Source: Pseudomonadota bacterium
Lineage (GTDB): Bacteria > Pseudomonadota > Gammaproteobacteria > Burkholderiales > Methylophilaceae
Length of the DNA stretch: 64,000 bases
Direction of reading: 5' to 3'
Assembly (NCBI GenBank): GCA_041180025.1
Contig: JBEGSH010000073.1
Location: forward strand, 6,773 to 70,772
In this document: in pieces, positions 22,692 to 34,260 of the stretch
How positions within the stretch are numbered: position 1 is the stretch's first letter
Layout of the letters: every line of letters starts with the position of its first letter
Made by a program: the position numbers and the translations under genes
Notes under the pieces: model-generated
Database searches by the model: none
What the model was told of the DNA's origin: nothing
Seen by the model: only the letters and a program-made list of their open reading frames with translations

Positions 22692-23776
22692 GTTTTTTGA
22701 ATCACAATATTTGGGAATTTATTGCTGTAATCTTGGGCGAGTTTAGATACCTTAACGGCTGTTAAACGAGCAATTTTCTTGTAAGTTTTTGCAGCGCTAC
22801 TTTCAGGTTCAGCTACCACTGTTGGATTACCATCATCAGCTTGCTCTCTAATCTTAATGTCTAAAGGTAGGCTTCCTAAAAGAGATACACCATAATCCTG
22901 ACACATTTTTTCAGCACCACCCGATCCAAAGATATGTTCTTCGTTGCCACATTTTGAGCATGTGTGCATAGCCATATTTTCTACAATACCAATAATTGGA
23001 ATATTTACTTTTTCAAACATCTTTAGTCCGCGCCTAGCATCAAGTAAGGCGATATCCTGCGGTGTTGTAACGATAATCGCGCCTGTGACAGGTACTTTTT
23101 GAGATAAAGTGAGTTGAATATCGCCGGTGCCAGGAGGTAAATCAACAACAAGATAATCAAGGTTATCCCACCTTGTTTCTTTTAAAAGCTGTTCGAGTGT
23201 GCCTGTCACCATAGGACCACGCCATACCATGGGCGTTTCTGTATCTACAAGGAACCCAATCGACATAGCTTGAATGTTGTGAGCCATAATTGGCTCCATA
23301 GATTTACCATCTTTGCTCTCAGGCTTTGTGTATATCCCCAACATTTGAGGCTGGCTTGGACCATATATATCAGCATCCAAAATACCTACGCGAGCGCCTT
23401 CAGCAGATAAAGCTAAGGCTAGATTGACTGCGGTTGTAGATTTTCCTACGCCACCTTTTCCAGAAGCGACAGCAATAATGTTTTTAACACCAGGAATAAG
23501 CGCTATACCTTTTTGAGCTGCGTGAGATGTGATTTTAAAATCAACCTCAACATTTAAATTAACTTCAGGCAGTGTTTTTTTAATTTGAGTCGCAATCAAA
23601 TTTTTGATGTCATTTAATTGACTATTAGCCGGGTAACCAAGCAAGACTTTGATATCAATATCATTGTCTTTAATTGAAATGCTCTTGATAGATTTATCGT
23701 TAATCAGGTTGTCGTTTGTATTGGGATCAACAACGTACTTTAATAGATCTTTTATTTGTTGTTCTGAGTATGTCAT
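22688..23776 (-). CDS. apbC: Fe-S cluster carrier ATPase ApbC/Mrp
   Basis: ASGKGGVGKST, DADIYGPS, VWRGPM, DLPPGTGD, ENM...CxxC. Confidence 0.96.
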   Translation of the reverse strand: MTYSEQQIKDLLKYVVDPNTNDNLINDKSIKSISIKDNDIDIKVLLGYPANSQLNDIKNLIATQIKKTLPEVNLNVEVDFKITSHAAQKGIALIPGVKNIIAVASGKGGVGKSTTAVNLALALSAEGARVGILDADIYGPSQPQMLGIYTKPESKDGKSMEPIMAHNIQAMSIGFLVDTETPMVWRGPMVTGTLEQLLKETRWDNLDYLVVDLPPGTGDIQLTLSQKVPVTGAIIVTTPQDIALLDARRGLKMFEKVNIPIIGIVENMAMHTCSKCGNEEHIFGSGGAEKMCQDYGVSLLGSLPLDIKIREQADDGNPTVVAEPESSAAKTYKKIARLTAVKVSKLAQDYSNKFPNIVIQKT

Positions 23777-23859
23777 GAGATGGTAATTTTAACCTATCTT
23801 AGTTGAGGCGTCATTTGATAGAATAGGGACTTAGTCAAATCAATAAAGTTTCTCAATTC

Positions 23860-25893
23860 ATGCGAAAGATCTTAGTCACTTCAGCTTTGCCGTACGCGAA
23901 TGGAAGCATTCATTTAGGCCATTTAGTGGAATATATCCAAACTGATATTTGGGTTAGATTTCAAAAGCTGCAAGGCCATGAGGCCTATTATGTATGCGCC
24001 GATGATACGCATGGAACGCCTATTATGCTTAGAGCTGAAAAAGAGGGTATTACACCAGAAGCGCTAATTAAAAAAGTACATATAGAGCACTCGAAAGATT
24101 TTTCTGATTTTTTTGTAAATTTTGATAATTTTTATTCTACAAATTCCTCTGAAAATCTTGAGCTATCTCAAACTGTTTATAAAAAACTTAAACAGAATAA
24201 AAAGATTTATACAAAAACCATAGAGCAATTTTACGACCCTGTAAAAGAAATGTTTTTACCTGATCGCTTTATTAAAGGCGAATGTCCTAAGTGTCACGCT
24301 AAAGATCAATATGGTGATTCATGTGAGGTTTGTGGTGCAACGTATGCGCCTACAGAATTAATTAACCCTATATCTTCGGTCTCAGGCTCCGTTCCAATTA
24401 GGAAAGAAACGGAGCATTACTTCTTCAAGCTTTCAGAATGTGAAACATTTTTAGCTGATTGGACATCCTCAGGAACACTCCAGCAAGAAGCTGCAAATAA
24501 AATGAAAGAGTGGTTTAAATCTGGCTTGGCGGATTGGGATATTTCGAGAGATGCACCTTATTTTGGTTTTGAAATTCCTGATGCGCCAGGTAAATATTTT
24601 TATGTATGGCTTGATGCGCCTATTGGTTATATGGCGAGCTTTAAAAAACTTTGTGAAGATAAAAAAATTAATTTTGATGAGTTTTGGAACGCAGATTCAA
24701 AAACAGAGTTATATCATTTTATTGGAAAAGATATTCTTTATTTCCATGCATTATTTTGGCCAGCAACATTAGAATTTTCTGGCTATAGAAAACCGACAAA
24801 GATTTTTGCACATGGTTTTCTCACAGTAAATGCAGAAAAGATGTCTAAATCTCGCGGCACTTTTATCACAGCCAGAAGTTACTTAGATTATATTAAAAAT
24901 CCAGATTACCTTCGATATTATTACGCTGCTAAATTAAATAGTACGATGGAAGATATAGATCTGAATTTAGATGATTTCTTATCGCGAGTGAATAGTGATC
25001 TTGTAGGTAAGTTTATTAATATTGCAAGTCGAACATCAGGATTCATCCATAAATATTTTGAAGGCAAGCTCTTTCTTGACGATTCAAAAACTGAAAAAGA
25101 ACATATTGCTATAACTCAGAAATGTAAAGACATAGAAACTGAAATCAAAAGCTGCTTTGAATCTAGGGAGTATGGCCGTGCAGTTCGAGAAATTATGCGT
25201 GTGGCAGATATTACAAATGAGTACGTCAACACAAAAGCACCTTGGACACTTGCAAAAGATGATGCACAACATAAAACAGGCTCTGATTTGCATGTGATAT
25301 GTAGCCGAAGCCTTGAAGCTTTTAGAAGGCTCTCTATATATCTCGCACCCGTATTGCCAAAACTTACGGCAGACATTGCAAAATTCTTTAATGAAAAAGA
25401 ATTTAAGTCATTCAAAGATCTTGATAAGAAAGATATTACCGTTAACGAGTATCAGCACATATTAACTAGAGTTGAAAAGAAAGATATCGATATGATGATT
25501 GAATCAAATAAAGAATCCTTAGATAAAAATAATGAATCTTCGAAAAAGGCAGCAGTCGATCAATCGACTATTTCGATCGATGATTTTATGAAGATTGATT
25601 TAAGAGTCGCGCTTATTAAAGAAGCTTCTTTTGTAGAGGGCGCAGATAGTCTTTTAAGGTTAAGTTTAGATCTTAATGACGGTCGCCCAAGACAAGTTTT
25701 TGCAGGGATTAAATCTAAATATAATCCTGATCAGCTTGTTGGAAAGTTAACAGTCATGGTTGCTAATTTAAAGCCAAGGCAAATGAAATTTGGCTTATCT
25801 GAAGGTATGGTACTTGCTGCAAGTGATGAATCAGAAGGGCCATTTGTTCTTTTTCCAGATCAAGGCGCCAAGCCTGGTATGCGTATTAAATAA
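23860..25893 (+). CDS. metG: Methionyl-tRNA synthetase with C-terminal tRNA-binding domain
   Basis: [13 protein letters not shown], Zn knuckles, KMSKS and C-terminal IDDF.KIDLRV...SEGMVL. Confidence 0.98.
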   Translation: MRKILVTSALPYANGSIHLGHLVEYIQTDIWVRFQKLQGHEAYYVCADDTHGTPIMLRAEKEGITPEALIKKVHIEHSKDFSDFFVNFDNFYSTNSSENLELSQTVYKKLKQNKKIYTKTIEQFYDPVKEMFLPDRFIKGECPKCHAKDQYGDSCEVCGATYAPTELINPISSVSGSVPIRKETEHYFFKLSECETFLADWTSSGTLQQEAANKMKEWFKSGLADWDISRDAPYFGFEIPDAPGKYFYVWLDAPIGYMASFKKLCEDKKINFDEFWNADSKTELYHFIGKDILYFHALFWPATLEFSGYRKPTKIFAHGFLTVNAEKMSKSRGTFITARSYLDYIKNPDYLRYYYAAKLNSTMEDIDLNLDDFLSRVNSDLVGKFINIASRTSGFIHKYFEGKLFLDDSKTEKEHIAITQKCKDIETEIKSCFESREYGRAVREIMRVADITNEYVNTKAPWTLAKDDAQHKTGSDLHVICSRSLEAFRRLSIYLAPVLPKLTADIAKFFNEKEFKSFKDLDKKDITVNEYQHILTRVEKKDIDMMIESNKESLDKNNESSKKAAVDQSTISIDDFMKIDLRVALIKEASFVEGADSLLRLSLDLNDGRPRQVFAGIKSKYNPDQLVGKLTVMVANLKPRQMKFGLSEGMVLAASDESEGPFVLFPDQGAKPGMRIK

Positions 25894-26595
25894 TTAACTA
25901 CGATTAATTTCTAAGTAAATTTTTTCTAAAGTTTTTGATGGATCTTTTGATTGGGTAATAGGTCTTCCAATGACTAAATGACTGGATCCGGCTTTAATAG
26001 CCTCAATAGGCGTCATGGTTCTCACTTGGTCATTTGCAATATCATCTGCCATTCTTATTCCTGGTGTTACAAACAAAAATGATGGACTAAAGTGATTTTT
26101 TAAGAAAACCAAATCTTTAGCAGAGCATACGATGCCATGAAGTCCATTTTTTTCAGTTAATTTAGCAAGATGCAATACCTGGTCTTCTAAATTTCTGGAT
26201 ATACCAATTTCTTCTAAAGTTTTTTGATCCATACTTGTTAATACAGTCACTGCAATAAGAAGAGGTGGTTGTTTAGCTTTACTCACACCTTCGAGTGCTG
26301 CTTCCAACATATTGCTTCCTCCAGAAGCATGCACATTGAGCATCCATACTCCTAATTGACTCGCAGCCTCACATGCTTTTCTAACAGTAGTGGGAATATC
26401 ATGAAATTTAAGATCTAAAAATACTTTGAAATTTTTAGTTTGAAGATATTCGATGAGAGAAGGACCAGTTGCTGTAAATAATTCTTTGCCGACTTTTAAA
26501 TTGCAATACTCTGGATTAAGTTGTGAAACTAAAGTTTTTGCTTCTGCAAGATTTGCATAATCAAGAGCTACGGTAACTTTATGCTTTGCTGTCAT
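25894..26595 (-). CDS. pyrF: Orotidine-5'-phosphate decarboxylase
   Basis: VALD, KVG, FLDLKFHDIPTT, VTPGIR, VIGRPIT. Confidence 0.97.
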   Translation of the reverse strand: MTAKHKVTVALDYANLAEAKTLVSQLNPEYCNLKVGKELFTATGPSLIEYLQTKNFKVFLDLKFHDIPTTVRKACEAASQLGVWMLNVHASGGSNMLEAALEGVSKAKQPPLLIAVTVLTSMDQKTLEEIGISRNLEDQVLHLAKLTEKNGLHGIVCSAKDLVFLKNHFSPSFLFVTPGIRMADDIANDQVRTMTPIEAIKAGSSHLVIGRPITQSKDPSKTLEKIYLEINRS

Positions 26596-27767
26596 TAATT
26601 AATTTCATTTATCTCAGTGGGTTCTGAAGGCAGAGCTTCCCAAGCATTACAAGCAGGGCATTGCCAATGGTGTTGTTTGGCTTTAAAGCCACAACTGCTG
26701 CATGTAAATAAACGTCGATTGCCAATAGCATTACGAACAGTTTGTTGAATGAGTTGGATGTCTTGTTCTTTATGCTTACTATTCATGGCACGAGCTTGAA
26801 ATAATTGATCTAGTGCTTGAAGGCTTGGCTTTCTTATAAGCTCTTTTCGCGCGAGCTCTTCAGCCATTTCCGAGCCTTGTAATTTTAATGTTGCTTCATA
26901 GATGACGTTAAGTAGTGATCTTAATTTGTAATTTTCAAAATAAAGATTTAGAAGCGATAAACCTTCTTCGGGTTTTTTGAGCTTTTCAAATGAATTAAGT
27001 ATTTTGGCTGCGACAAGACCTAGAGATTCAGGATCTTGAAATTCAATTTTTTTCCAGTGATTGATCGCTTTATTATGATCGCCATCTTCCGCATCTAAAT
27101 CGCCAAGTAAAATATTTGCACGAACACATTTCTTGTGAGCGTCGAGCGCATCGTTAAGCGACTTAACTGCTGACTTTTTATCTTTATCTAAAATCGAATT
27201 CAGTGCGATTTCACAATGGTAATGACTAATTTGTAATCTGAATGAAACACCTGATTCTTTTTCTAATTTTGTAGCCATCTTAATTGCGTTTTGCCATTCA
27301 CGTTCTTTCGCATAAATCTCAAGCAAAGCATTAGACGCATATTGTTTATATTTTCCAGATTCTAATTTTAGAAACAACTCTTCAGCGCGATCAAATAAGC
27401 CGGCTTTAAGATAATCTTGAGCTAATTCAGCTTTTACGGATTCTTCTTGTGAGGGATTAAGGTCACGATTTTCTAATAAATCTAAATGCATATTGATAGC
27501 GCGATCAATATGACCTATACGCCTTAAGATGCTGCCTAGGGCAAAGTGTAATTCAAGGGATTCATTATTAATACGAACAGCATCCATAAAAGCGTTTACT
27601 GCTTTTTCGTATTGATTAGTGATAAGGTAATTAAGGCCTTTAAAGTAGGTCGCAGGAAGGCTTGTAGACTCCTTCATAAGTTGTTTAATATCAATGCGAG
27701 CGGCTACCCAGCCTAATGCAAAGAAGAAGGGAATAACAAGGAGCCACCAATATTCGAATTGAATCAT
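26595..27767 (-). CDS. lapB: Lipopolysaccharide assembly protein LapB (YciM)
   Basis: N-terminal TM segment, YFKGLNYL, TPR repeats, DYLKAGLFDRAE and C-terminal rubredoxin CxxC...WQCPAC. Confidence 0.95.
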   Translation of the reverse strand: MIQFEYWWLLVIPFFFALGWVAARIDIKQLMKESTSLPATYFKGLNYLITNQYEKAVNAFMDAVRINNESLELHFALGSILRRIGHIDRAINMHLDLLENRDLNPSQEESVKAELAQDYLKAGLFDRAEELFLKLESGKYKQYASNALLEIYAKEREWQNAIKMATKLEKESGVSFRLQISHYHCEIALNSILDKDKKSAVKSLNDALDAHKKCVRANILLGDLDAEDGDHNKAINHWKKIEFQDPESLGLVAAKILNSFEKLKKPEEGLSLLNLYFENYKLRSLLNVIYEATLKLQGSEMAEELARKELIRKPSLQALDQLFQARAMNSKHKEQDIQLIQQTVRNAIGNRRLFTCSSCGFKAKQHHWQCPACNAWEALPSEPTEINEIN

Positions 27768-27802
27768 ATTTGATTTATTGTATATCTATTAATTGATAGA
27801 TC

Positions 27803-27840
27803 AAAAAAAAAGCATATCCTGGTAAGAAGATATGCTTTTA
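27803..27840 (-). terminator. Intrinsic terminator after ihfB
   Basis: AAAAGCATATC-loop-GATATGCTTTT inverted repeat with a long T tract on the minus strand. Confidence 0.8.
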
Positions 27841-27854
27841 AATGATGTTTAGCC

Positions 27855-28133
27855 TTATTTATCAACGCGATCTCTAAGTTCTTTACCTGCTTTAAAATGT
27901 GGAACATATTTTTCTGGTACTTCCACTTTTGAACCTGTTTTAGGGTTTCTGCCCAAACGAGGTGGTCGGTAATTTAAGCTAAAGCTACCAAACCCTCTGA
28001 TTTCAATTCTTTTACCTTTGGATAGCGTTTCACCCATAGCATCAAGAATAGTTTTGACCGATAACTCAGCATCTTTATAGACTAACTGAGAGAAGCGGCT
28101 AGCAAGTAAGTTGATTAATTTAGACTTCGTCAT
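27855..28133 (-). CDS. ihfB: Integration host factor beta subunit
   Basis: [37 protein letters not shown]. Confidence 0.97.
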   Translation of the reverse strand: MTKSKLINLLASRFSQLVYKDAELSVKTILDAMGETLSKGKRIEIRGFGSFSLNYRPPRLGRNPKTGSKVEVPEKYVPHFKAGKELRDRVDK

Positions 28134-28141
28134 AAGATTAA

Positions 28142-29857
28142 TTATTTTTTACTATCTAATTTTGCCTTTAATAATGCGCCAAGATTAGTTGTGCCGGCAT
28201 TATCAGAACTTTCTTCAGCTTCTACTTTTTTCTTAGCAGCTTTTGGTTTAGCTGTATTTTTAGACTTTAGTGAAAGTTGAATTGTTTTTTCTTTAGCATC
28301 GACATTGAGTATTTTAACTTCAATTTCGTCACCAACTTTAACAACAGTTGATGCATCATCAACTTTATCTTCGCTGACTTCGCTAATATCAACTGTGCCT
28401 TCAACTTGGTCAGCTAAAGTCACTACGATACCAGAAGCATCTGCTGATTTAACTGTGCCTTTAACAAAACTACCTTTGTCGTTAGCTTTTGTGAAGCCTG
28501 TAAAGTTGTCGCCTGATAATTGTTTAAGTCCAAGAGAAATTCTTTCTTTCTCAACATCGATTGCCACGATAAGCGCCTCGAGTTCGTCACCCTTTTTAAA
28601 GTTTCTAATAGCTTCTTCACCTGTTTTATCCCATGAGATATCAGATAAATGGATGAGGCCGTCTATGCCGCCATCAAGACCGATAAAGATACCGAAATCA
28701 GTGATTGATTTAATAGGGCCGCTAACTTTGTCACCCTTTTTATGTGTTTCAGAAAATTCTGCCCATGGGTTTGATTTGCATTGTTTCATGCCCAATGAAA
28801 GTCTTCTTCTATCTTCATCAATTTCAAGAATCATGACTTCAACTTCATCACCGAGCTGGGCAATTTTTCCTGGGTGAATATTTTTATTTGTCCAGTCCAT
28901 TTCTGAAACGTGAACTAAGCCTTCAATACCTGCTTCAATTTCAACGAATGCACCGTAATCAGTTAAATTAGATACTTTACCGAATAGGCGAGTGCTTACT
29001 GGATATCTTCTTGATAAGCCTTTCCAAGGATCATCGTCGAGCTGTTTTAAACCTAATGAAACACGATTTTTTTCTTGATCAAATTTAAGCACTTTAGCTT
29101 CAACTTCATCGCCAATATTTAAGATTTCAGATGGATGCTTTACGCGTCTCCATGCTAAGTCAGTAATGTGAAGTAAGCCGTCAATACCACCTAAGTCAAC
29201 GAATGCACCGTAATCTGTAATATTCTTAATGATGCCTTTTACAGTAGCACCTTCAGTAAGTGTGCCAATAACAGCATCTCTGTCCGCACCTGAAGATTGT
29301 TCCATCACTGCTTTTCTTGAAACAACCACGTTGTTTCTTTTCTTATCAATTTTGATAACTTTAAGATCCCATTCTTTATTTTCAAATGGCGATGTATCTT
29401 TAACAGGTCTCACATCAACGAGAGAGCCTGGTAAGAATGCTGTGATTCCATTTACAGAAACTCTTAGGCCGCCTTTAACGCGGCTACTTACAAAACCTTT
29501 AACTACCGTTCCTTCGTTCATTGCATCTTCAAGATCAAGCCATGCCTGCATTTTCTTTGCTTTATCTCTTGATAAGATCGTTGAGCCGAAACCGTCTTCT
29601 AGTTTTTCAATTGCAACTTTAACAAAGTCACCCACTTTAACGTCAAGTCCGCCTTGGTCATTAAGGAATTCTTCTGCTTTGATAACGCTTTCTGATTTAA
29701 GTCCTGCGTTTACAATCACAAAGTCATTATCAATAGATATAACTTCGGCTGTAATTACTTCGCCTGAACGCATTTCTTGAAGCGCAATGCTTTCTTCAAA
29801 TAGAGCTGCGAAACTTTCTGTGGATTTTGATTCTGTATTTTTTGCTGTCGTTGCCAT
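28142..29857 (-). CDS. rpsA: 30S ribosomal protein S1
   Basis: [10 protein letters not shown] and six S1 repeats (DYGAFVD..GIDGLLH). Confidence 0.98.
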   Translation of the reverse strand: MATTAKNTESKSTESFAALFEESIALQEMRSGEVITAEVISIDNDFVIVNAGLKSESVIKAEEFLNDQGGLDVKVGDFVKVAIEKLEDGFGSTILSRDKAKKMQAWLDLEDAMNEGTVVKGFVSSRVKGGLRVSVNGITAFLPGSLVDVRPVKDTSPFENKEWDLKVIKIDKKRNNVVVSRKAVMEQSSGADRDAVIGTLTEGATVKGIIKNITDYGAFVDLGGIDGLLHITDLAWRRVKHPSEILNIGDEVEAKVLKFDQEKNRVSLGLKQLDDDPWKGLSRRYPVSTRLFGKVSNLTDYGAFVEIEAGIEGLVHVSEMDWTNKNIHPGKIAQLGDEVEVMILEIDEDRRRLSLGMKQCKSNPWAEFSETHKKGDKVSGPIKSITDFGIFIGLDGGIDGLIHLSDISWDKTGEEAIRNFKKGDELEALIVAIDVEKERISLGLKQLSGDNFTGFTKANDKGSFVKGTVKSADASGIVVTLADQVEGTVDISEVSEDKVDDASTVVKVGDEIEVKILNVDAKEKTIQLSLKSKNTAKPKAAKKKVEAEESSDNAGTTNLGALLKAKLDSKK

Positions 29858-29941
29858 TAAATGTTACCTATAAAGTCCTACCTAGCGATAGGGATGTTAA
29901 AGTTAGCAATAGATCTTTGAAATCCATTACACCTAAATTTT

Positions 29942-30613
29942 TTAAGACGTTTGAGACTTTAAACTGAAGAGATGGGTGATGTTATCAACGGCATCAGATA
30001 TGCTTAATGTGTCTGTATCTATTTCTATAGCGTCTTTTGTTTTTAAGAGGGGTGAGATTTCTCTTTGTAAATCTCGCTCATCTCTTAAAATAATTTCACT
30101 TAAAACCGAGGCCATATTAGCAGGGTTTCCTTTTGAGATCAACTGTTTATATCTTCTTTCAGCCCTAATTTGAGCGCTTGCAGTTAAGAATATTTTAATG
30201 TCAGCATGCGGGAAAACAACTGAAGTCATATCCCGTCCTTCGGCCACCAATCCGGGGCTTTTTTCGAAGCTTCTCTGAAAGCCGAGAATTGCCTCTCTTA
30301 AAGCCTTATGAACTGCAACTTCAGAAGCTCCGCGACCTGATTCTTCAGTGCGTATAGCTTCTGAGACGTCTTTACCATTGAGTAAAATTTGATCATTTTT
30401 GAAGTTTAAATCAGCATTTTCGAGAACTTTGAGAAGTAAGGCTTCGTTATCGAGGGGTATATTTTGTATGCGGCCTGCATAAGCGATCGTACGATAGATT
30501 GATCCCGAGTCTAGATAATGAAACCCAAGTTTTTCTGCAACAAGTTTAGCAACCGTACCTTTTCCGGAAGCAGAAGGTCCATCAATCGCAATAATCGGAA
30601 CGTGAGATGTCAT
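29942..30613 (-). CDS. cmk: Cytidylate kinase
   Basis: IAIDGPSASGKGT, YLDSG.IYR, EGRDM, RAERRYKQL. Confidence 0.97.
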   Translation of the reverse strand: MTSHVPIIAIDGPSASGKGTVAKLVAEKLGFHYLDSGSIYRTIAYAGRIQNIPLDNEALLLKVLENADLNFKNDQILLNGKDVSEAIRTEESGRGASEVAVHKALREAILGFQRSFEKSPGLVAEGRDMTSVVFPHADIKIFLTASAQIRAERRYKQLISKGNPANMASVLSEIILRDERDLQREISPLLKTKDAIEIDTDTLSISDAVDNITHLFSLKSQTS

Positions 30614-31900
30614 CTATGTCTTTACAATACTTTCTAATACTTCAAAGTAAGTAGGAAATGTTTTATTTACACAAGCTGGATCATTAATGATGATCGGAAT
30701 ATTTTTAAGGCTGACTAATGAAAAACACATCGCTATTCGATGATCATCATAGGTGTCGATCTCTATATTTTCTTTGATGTGAAGAGGAGGGGTGATTTCA
30801 ATAAAATCCTCACCTTCAACAACCTCTGCACCCAATTTTTTAAGTTCAGTCGCCATAGCTTTAATACGATCAGTTTCTTTAACGCGCCAACTTCCAATGT
30901 TATGAAGTTTAGTTGTGCCATTTGCAAATAAAGCTAAGACCGCGAGTGTCATCGCAGCATCTGGTATGTGATTACAATCAAGGTTGACGGCCTGGAGCGT
31001 TGAAGCTTTCGAAGCCTTGATCGATCCTTCAAGAATTTGAATTTCAGCGCCCATAAGCGTCAAGGCTTCGGTAAATTTTATATCACCTTGAATACTATTT
31101 TTTCCAATACCTTTGACTTCAATATCACCGGCAAGCGCACCAGCAGCTAGGAAATATGAAGCTGATGAAGCGTCACCCTCGACAAATATTTCACCCGGAC
31201 TGACATAACCCCCTGAGCCTGGAATTACAAAGTATTGCCAGTCTATTTTTTTTACTTGAACACCAAATCGATTCATAAGGTTAAGCGTGATATCAATATA
31301 AGGTTTTGAAATCAAATCCCCGACTATTTCAATAGAGACTTCTTTTTTTGTAAGAGGGATCGCCATTAATAGAGCTGTTAAGAATTGACTTGAAATATCA
31401 CCTCTAATTTTTACTGAGCCATTAATAATAATTTCAGAAGGAGATATTTTTAGCGGAGGGTACCCTTCTTCATTAAGATAAGTGATATCAGCATTTAATT
31501 GCAAAAGTGCATCGACGAGATCTTTAATAGGACGCTCATGCATTCGAGGCACACCACTTAACATGTAATCACCTTGACTAAAGGCTAATGCGGCAGTGAG
31601 CGGCCTAAAAGCTGTACCTGCATTACCAAGAAAAATCTCCGCTGACTTATTTTTAAACTGACCTCGTGCACCTTGAATGAGAATGTCACCATTTTCTTTT
31701 TGTGTAAGATCAACTTGAAGTATTTTTAATGCCTCAATCATATGATGGGTGTCATCTGATTGAAGTGGATGCTTGATAGTTGTTTCTCCTTTTGCAATAG
31801 CAGATAAAAGAAGAATGCGATTAGTAATACTTTTAGATCCAGGAAGAGTAACTTGACCAAAAACAGATTGAACAGCTTTTAATTTCTTTTGGTTCACCAT
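30614..31900 (-). CDS. aroA: EPSP synthase
   Basis: [43 protein letters not shown]. Confidence 0.98.
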   Translation of the reverse strand: MVNQKKLKAVQSVFGQVTLPGSKSITNRILLLSAIAKGETTIKHPLQSDDTHHMIEALKILQVDLTQKENGDILIQGARGQFKNKSAEIFLGNAGTAFRPLTAALAFSQGDYMLSGVPRMHERPIKDLVDALLQLNADITYLNEEGYPPLKISPSEIIINGSVKIRGDISSQFLTALLMAIPLTKKEVSIEIVGDLISKPYIDITLNLMNRFGVQVKKIDWQYFVIPGSGGYVSPGEIFVEGDASSASYFLAAGALAGDIEVKGIGKNSIQGDIKFTEALTLMGAEIQILEGSIKASKASTLQAVNLDCNHIPDAAMTLAVLALFANGTTKLHNIGSWRVKETDRIKAMATELKKLGAEVVEGEDFIEITPPLHIKENIEIDTYDDHRIAMCFSLVSLKNIPIIINDPACVNKTFPTYFEVLESIVKT

Positions 31901-31909
31901 GTGTTTATA

Positions 31910-32764
31910 TTATTTTGACCATTCGTTTCGAGTTTTACTTGCATTTTCGAATAACGCCAAAATCTTTTTGGTATCTTCTTGTTCAATGGCTTCTTTAAGT
32001 AATTTAATTTGATTTTCAAAAAGCTGAATATCTTCAAGAATAAATTTCTTATTTGCGAGTGTAATATCTTTCCACATCTCAGGAGAGCTTGCCGCGATTC
32101 TTGTAAAGTCTTTAAATCCGCTCGCAGCAAACTTTAAAAGTTCATTTGCATTTTTTCTATGCGTAATCATATCTACAAGAGAGAAGGCTAATAAATGCGG
32201 CAGATGACTAATCGTTGAAAATATTTTGTCATGATCGTTATGAGACATATTTGAAACTATGGCGCCTGCATTTTTCCATAGCATTTCGATTTTTTGTTTT
32301 GCTTCAAAAGACGTATCTTGATCTGCCGTTAATATGACATTTTTATTTTTAAATAGATCAATATGGGCTGCAGTTGCGCCATGTTTTTCAGATCCAGCAA
32401 TAGGATGCCCACCAATGAATTGAGAGTATTGTGGACCTAAAATTTGTTTGGCTGATTCAATGACATCAGTTTTTGTGCTGCCCACGTCAGTAATGATCGT
32501 GTGTGAAGATAAATGTGGTTGGATTAACTTGAGTATGACCGGAAATTGCGCAACAGGTGTTGCGATAATAATAATATGCGCTTCTGAAATATCTTTCTTT
32601 AAATCTTGGCTTGTGCGATCAATAAGTTTTAGTTTAATAGCATCATTGAGGTTATCTTGGTTCCTACCGACGCCCACAATATCGGATGCGAAACCTGATT
32701 TTTTTGCAGAGAGTGCAATAGATCCACCAATAAGCCCTACACCAAAAATAAGAATTTTATTCAC
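31910..32764 (-). CDS. tyrA: Prephenate/arogenate dehydrogenase (GTG start)
   Basis: GVGLIGGS, DVGSTK, GGHPIAGSE, SHLPH, GFKDFTRIA.S.PEMW. Confidence 0.93.
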   Translation of the reverse strand: MNKILIFGVGLIGGSIALSAKKSGFASDIVGVGRNQDNLNDAIKLKLIDRTSQDLKKDISEAHIIIIATPVAQFPVILKLIQPHLSSHTIITDVGSTKTDVIESAKQILGPQYSQFIGGHPIAGSEKHGATAAHIDLFKNKNVILTADQDTSFEAKQKIEMLWKNAGAIVSNMSHNDHDKIFSTISHLPHLLAFSLVDMITHRKNANELLKFAASGFKDFTRIAASSPEMWKDITLANKKFILEDIQLFENQIKLLKEAIEQEDTKKILALFENASKTRNEWSK

Positions 32765-32778
32765 TGTATATAATTGAT

Positions 32779-33540
32779 TTATTTGATATTGTTTAACAAT
32801 TGAATTGTATCATGTTCACTATTAAATGATCGCCATTCATTATTTATGAATAACTCAAATGGCTTAAAGTGAGTTTTGTAATTCATCTTTTTACTCTCTT
32901 TAATCCAGTAGCCTAAATAAACATAATCTAATTTTTTTTCAATGCACCAATTGATAAGCCATAGTATGGAATAAGTACCATAACTGAAGGATTTATCGTT
33001 TGTATCAAAAAATGTATAGACTGCAGAAATTCCGTCATCAATTACATCAACAAAACTTATTATTTTTAAATCATCTTGATCTTCAAATTGAATTAATCGA
33101 CTATCAATATTACTTTGTAATAAAAATTCACTGTACTGATTAACTTCATCATCCGTTGTTTTAGATTTTTCATGTCTCGTTTTTTGGTATTCCATGTAAA
33201 GCTTAAAATGATTTTCATGAAAGGAAAGTGGAAGGACTGAAGCTTTTAAATGCCGATGTTTCTTTATGTTCTTTTTAAAGCTTTTAGAGGACTTAAAATT
33301 TTTAACATTAATGCGAATAGGTATGCATGCATTACAAAGTTCACAATAAGGTTTATATGTAAACTTACCACTTCTTCGGAAACCTTTTTTAATGAGATCA
33401 TTATAATGACGTTGGCTAACAAGATGATGGGGTGTGGCAACTAATGATTGTGAGGCGCGGCCTTCTAAATAACCACATGCATAACTTGTAGTGACATAGA
33501 ATTGAATTTTATGACTTGAAAGTTCGTCAGGAAGACTCAT
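32779..33540 (-). CDS. bpt: ATE1-like aminoacyl-tRNA-protein transferase (bacterial Bpt, Asp/Glu leucyltransferase)
   Basis: CGYL, GFRRSG..YKPYC..C..C, SAVYTFFD, YLGYWI...KMNYK. Confidence 0.9.
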   Translation of the reverse strand: MSLPDELSSHKIQFYVTTSYACGYLEGRASQSLVATPHHLVSQRHYNDLIKKGFRRSGKFTYKPYCELCNACIPIRINVKNFKSSKSFKKNIKKHRHLKASVLPLSFHENHFKLYMEYQKTRHEKSKTTDDEVNQYSEFLLQSNIDSRLIQFEDQDDLKIISFVDVIDDGISAVYTFFDTNDKSFSYGTYSILWLINWCIEKKLDYVYLGYWIKESKKMNYKTHFKPFELFINNEWRSFNSEHDTIQLLNNIK

Positions 33541-34223
33541 GTTTTAATATAATTATTAAGCAATCGAATAAATTGATTACGCGTAATTTCTTTAGCGCCA
33601 AAACTTAAAAGATGTTTTGTTTTCATTTGACAGTCTATCATTTTAACGCCCATCTTTTTTAAATATTGGACAGCAAGTACAAATGCAATTTTTGAGGCAT
33701 CTGTTTCATAGTGAAACATAGATTCTCCGAAAAAAACATCATCCAAAATAATCCCATAAAGACCGCCAACGAGATTTCCATTAAAATAAATTTCAAAAGA
33801 GTGAGCTATTTTCATTTGATGTAATTCTGAATAGGCGTTAATCATGCGCTCATCAATCCAAGTTCCATCTTGATCTTTTCGTTTAACTTCACTGCAGCTT
33901 TTAATGACAGATAAAAAATTCTTATCTATTTCAAATTGATAATTATTTTTTTTAATTTTCTTAGAAAGCGATGATGAAATCTTAAGATCATCGGGAAGTA
34001 ATACTAATCTTGGATCGGGCGACCACCATAAAATAGGTTCATGTTGATTAAACCAGGGAAATATTCCTTGTTTATATGCTTCAATAATTCTCTCAGTCTT
34101 AAGTGTATTAGATATCGCAATAAGACCATTAGGCTCAATAAGCGCTTGATCAGTATTCGGAAAGGGGTCATGATGATCAAGAAAAGCGATGGAACCGAAA
34201 TCAGTTTTTATCCATTGACCCAT
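33537..34223 (-). CDS. aat: Leucyl/phenylalanyl-tRNA-protein transferase
   Basis: AYKQGIFPW, WWSPDPR, GTWI, GGLYG, FFGESMF, ASK, IDCQ. Confidence 0.96.
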   Translation of the reverse strand: MGQWIKTDFGSIAFLDHHDPFPNTDQALIEPNGLIAISNTLKTERIIEAYKQGIFPWFNQHEPILWWSPDPRLVLLPDDLKISSSLSKKIKKNNYQFEIDKNFLSVIKSCSEVKRKDQDGTWIDERMINAYSELHQMKIAHSFEIYFNGNLVGGLYGIILDDVFFGESMFHYETDASKIAFVLAVQYLKKMGVKMIDCQMKTKHLLSFGAKEITRNQFIRLLNNYIKT

Positions 34224-34260
34224 ATGTTTTTGTGAGGAATGCTTAATTTAATTTTAAGAT

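Noticed and set aside
27784-27801. ATCTAT-N6-ATAGAT inverted repeat upstream of lapB
   Set aside because: Short and AT-rich, so expected by chance at this base composition.
28305-29780. Long antisense ORFs (190 and 183 aa) opposite rpsA
   Set aside because: They are codon-register mirrors of a highly biased gene, giving Ser/Thr/Ile-rich translations with no motifs. Typical shadow ORFs.
28142-29857. Internal DNA repeats in rpsA (e.g. aacgaatgcaccgtaatc twice)
   Set aside because: Explained by tandem S1 domains (DYGAFV); not a CRISPR or mobile repeat.
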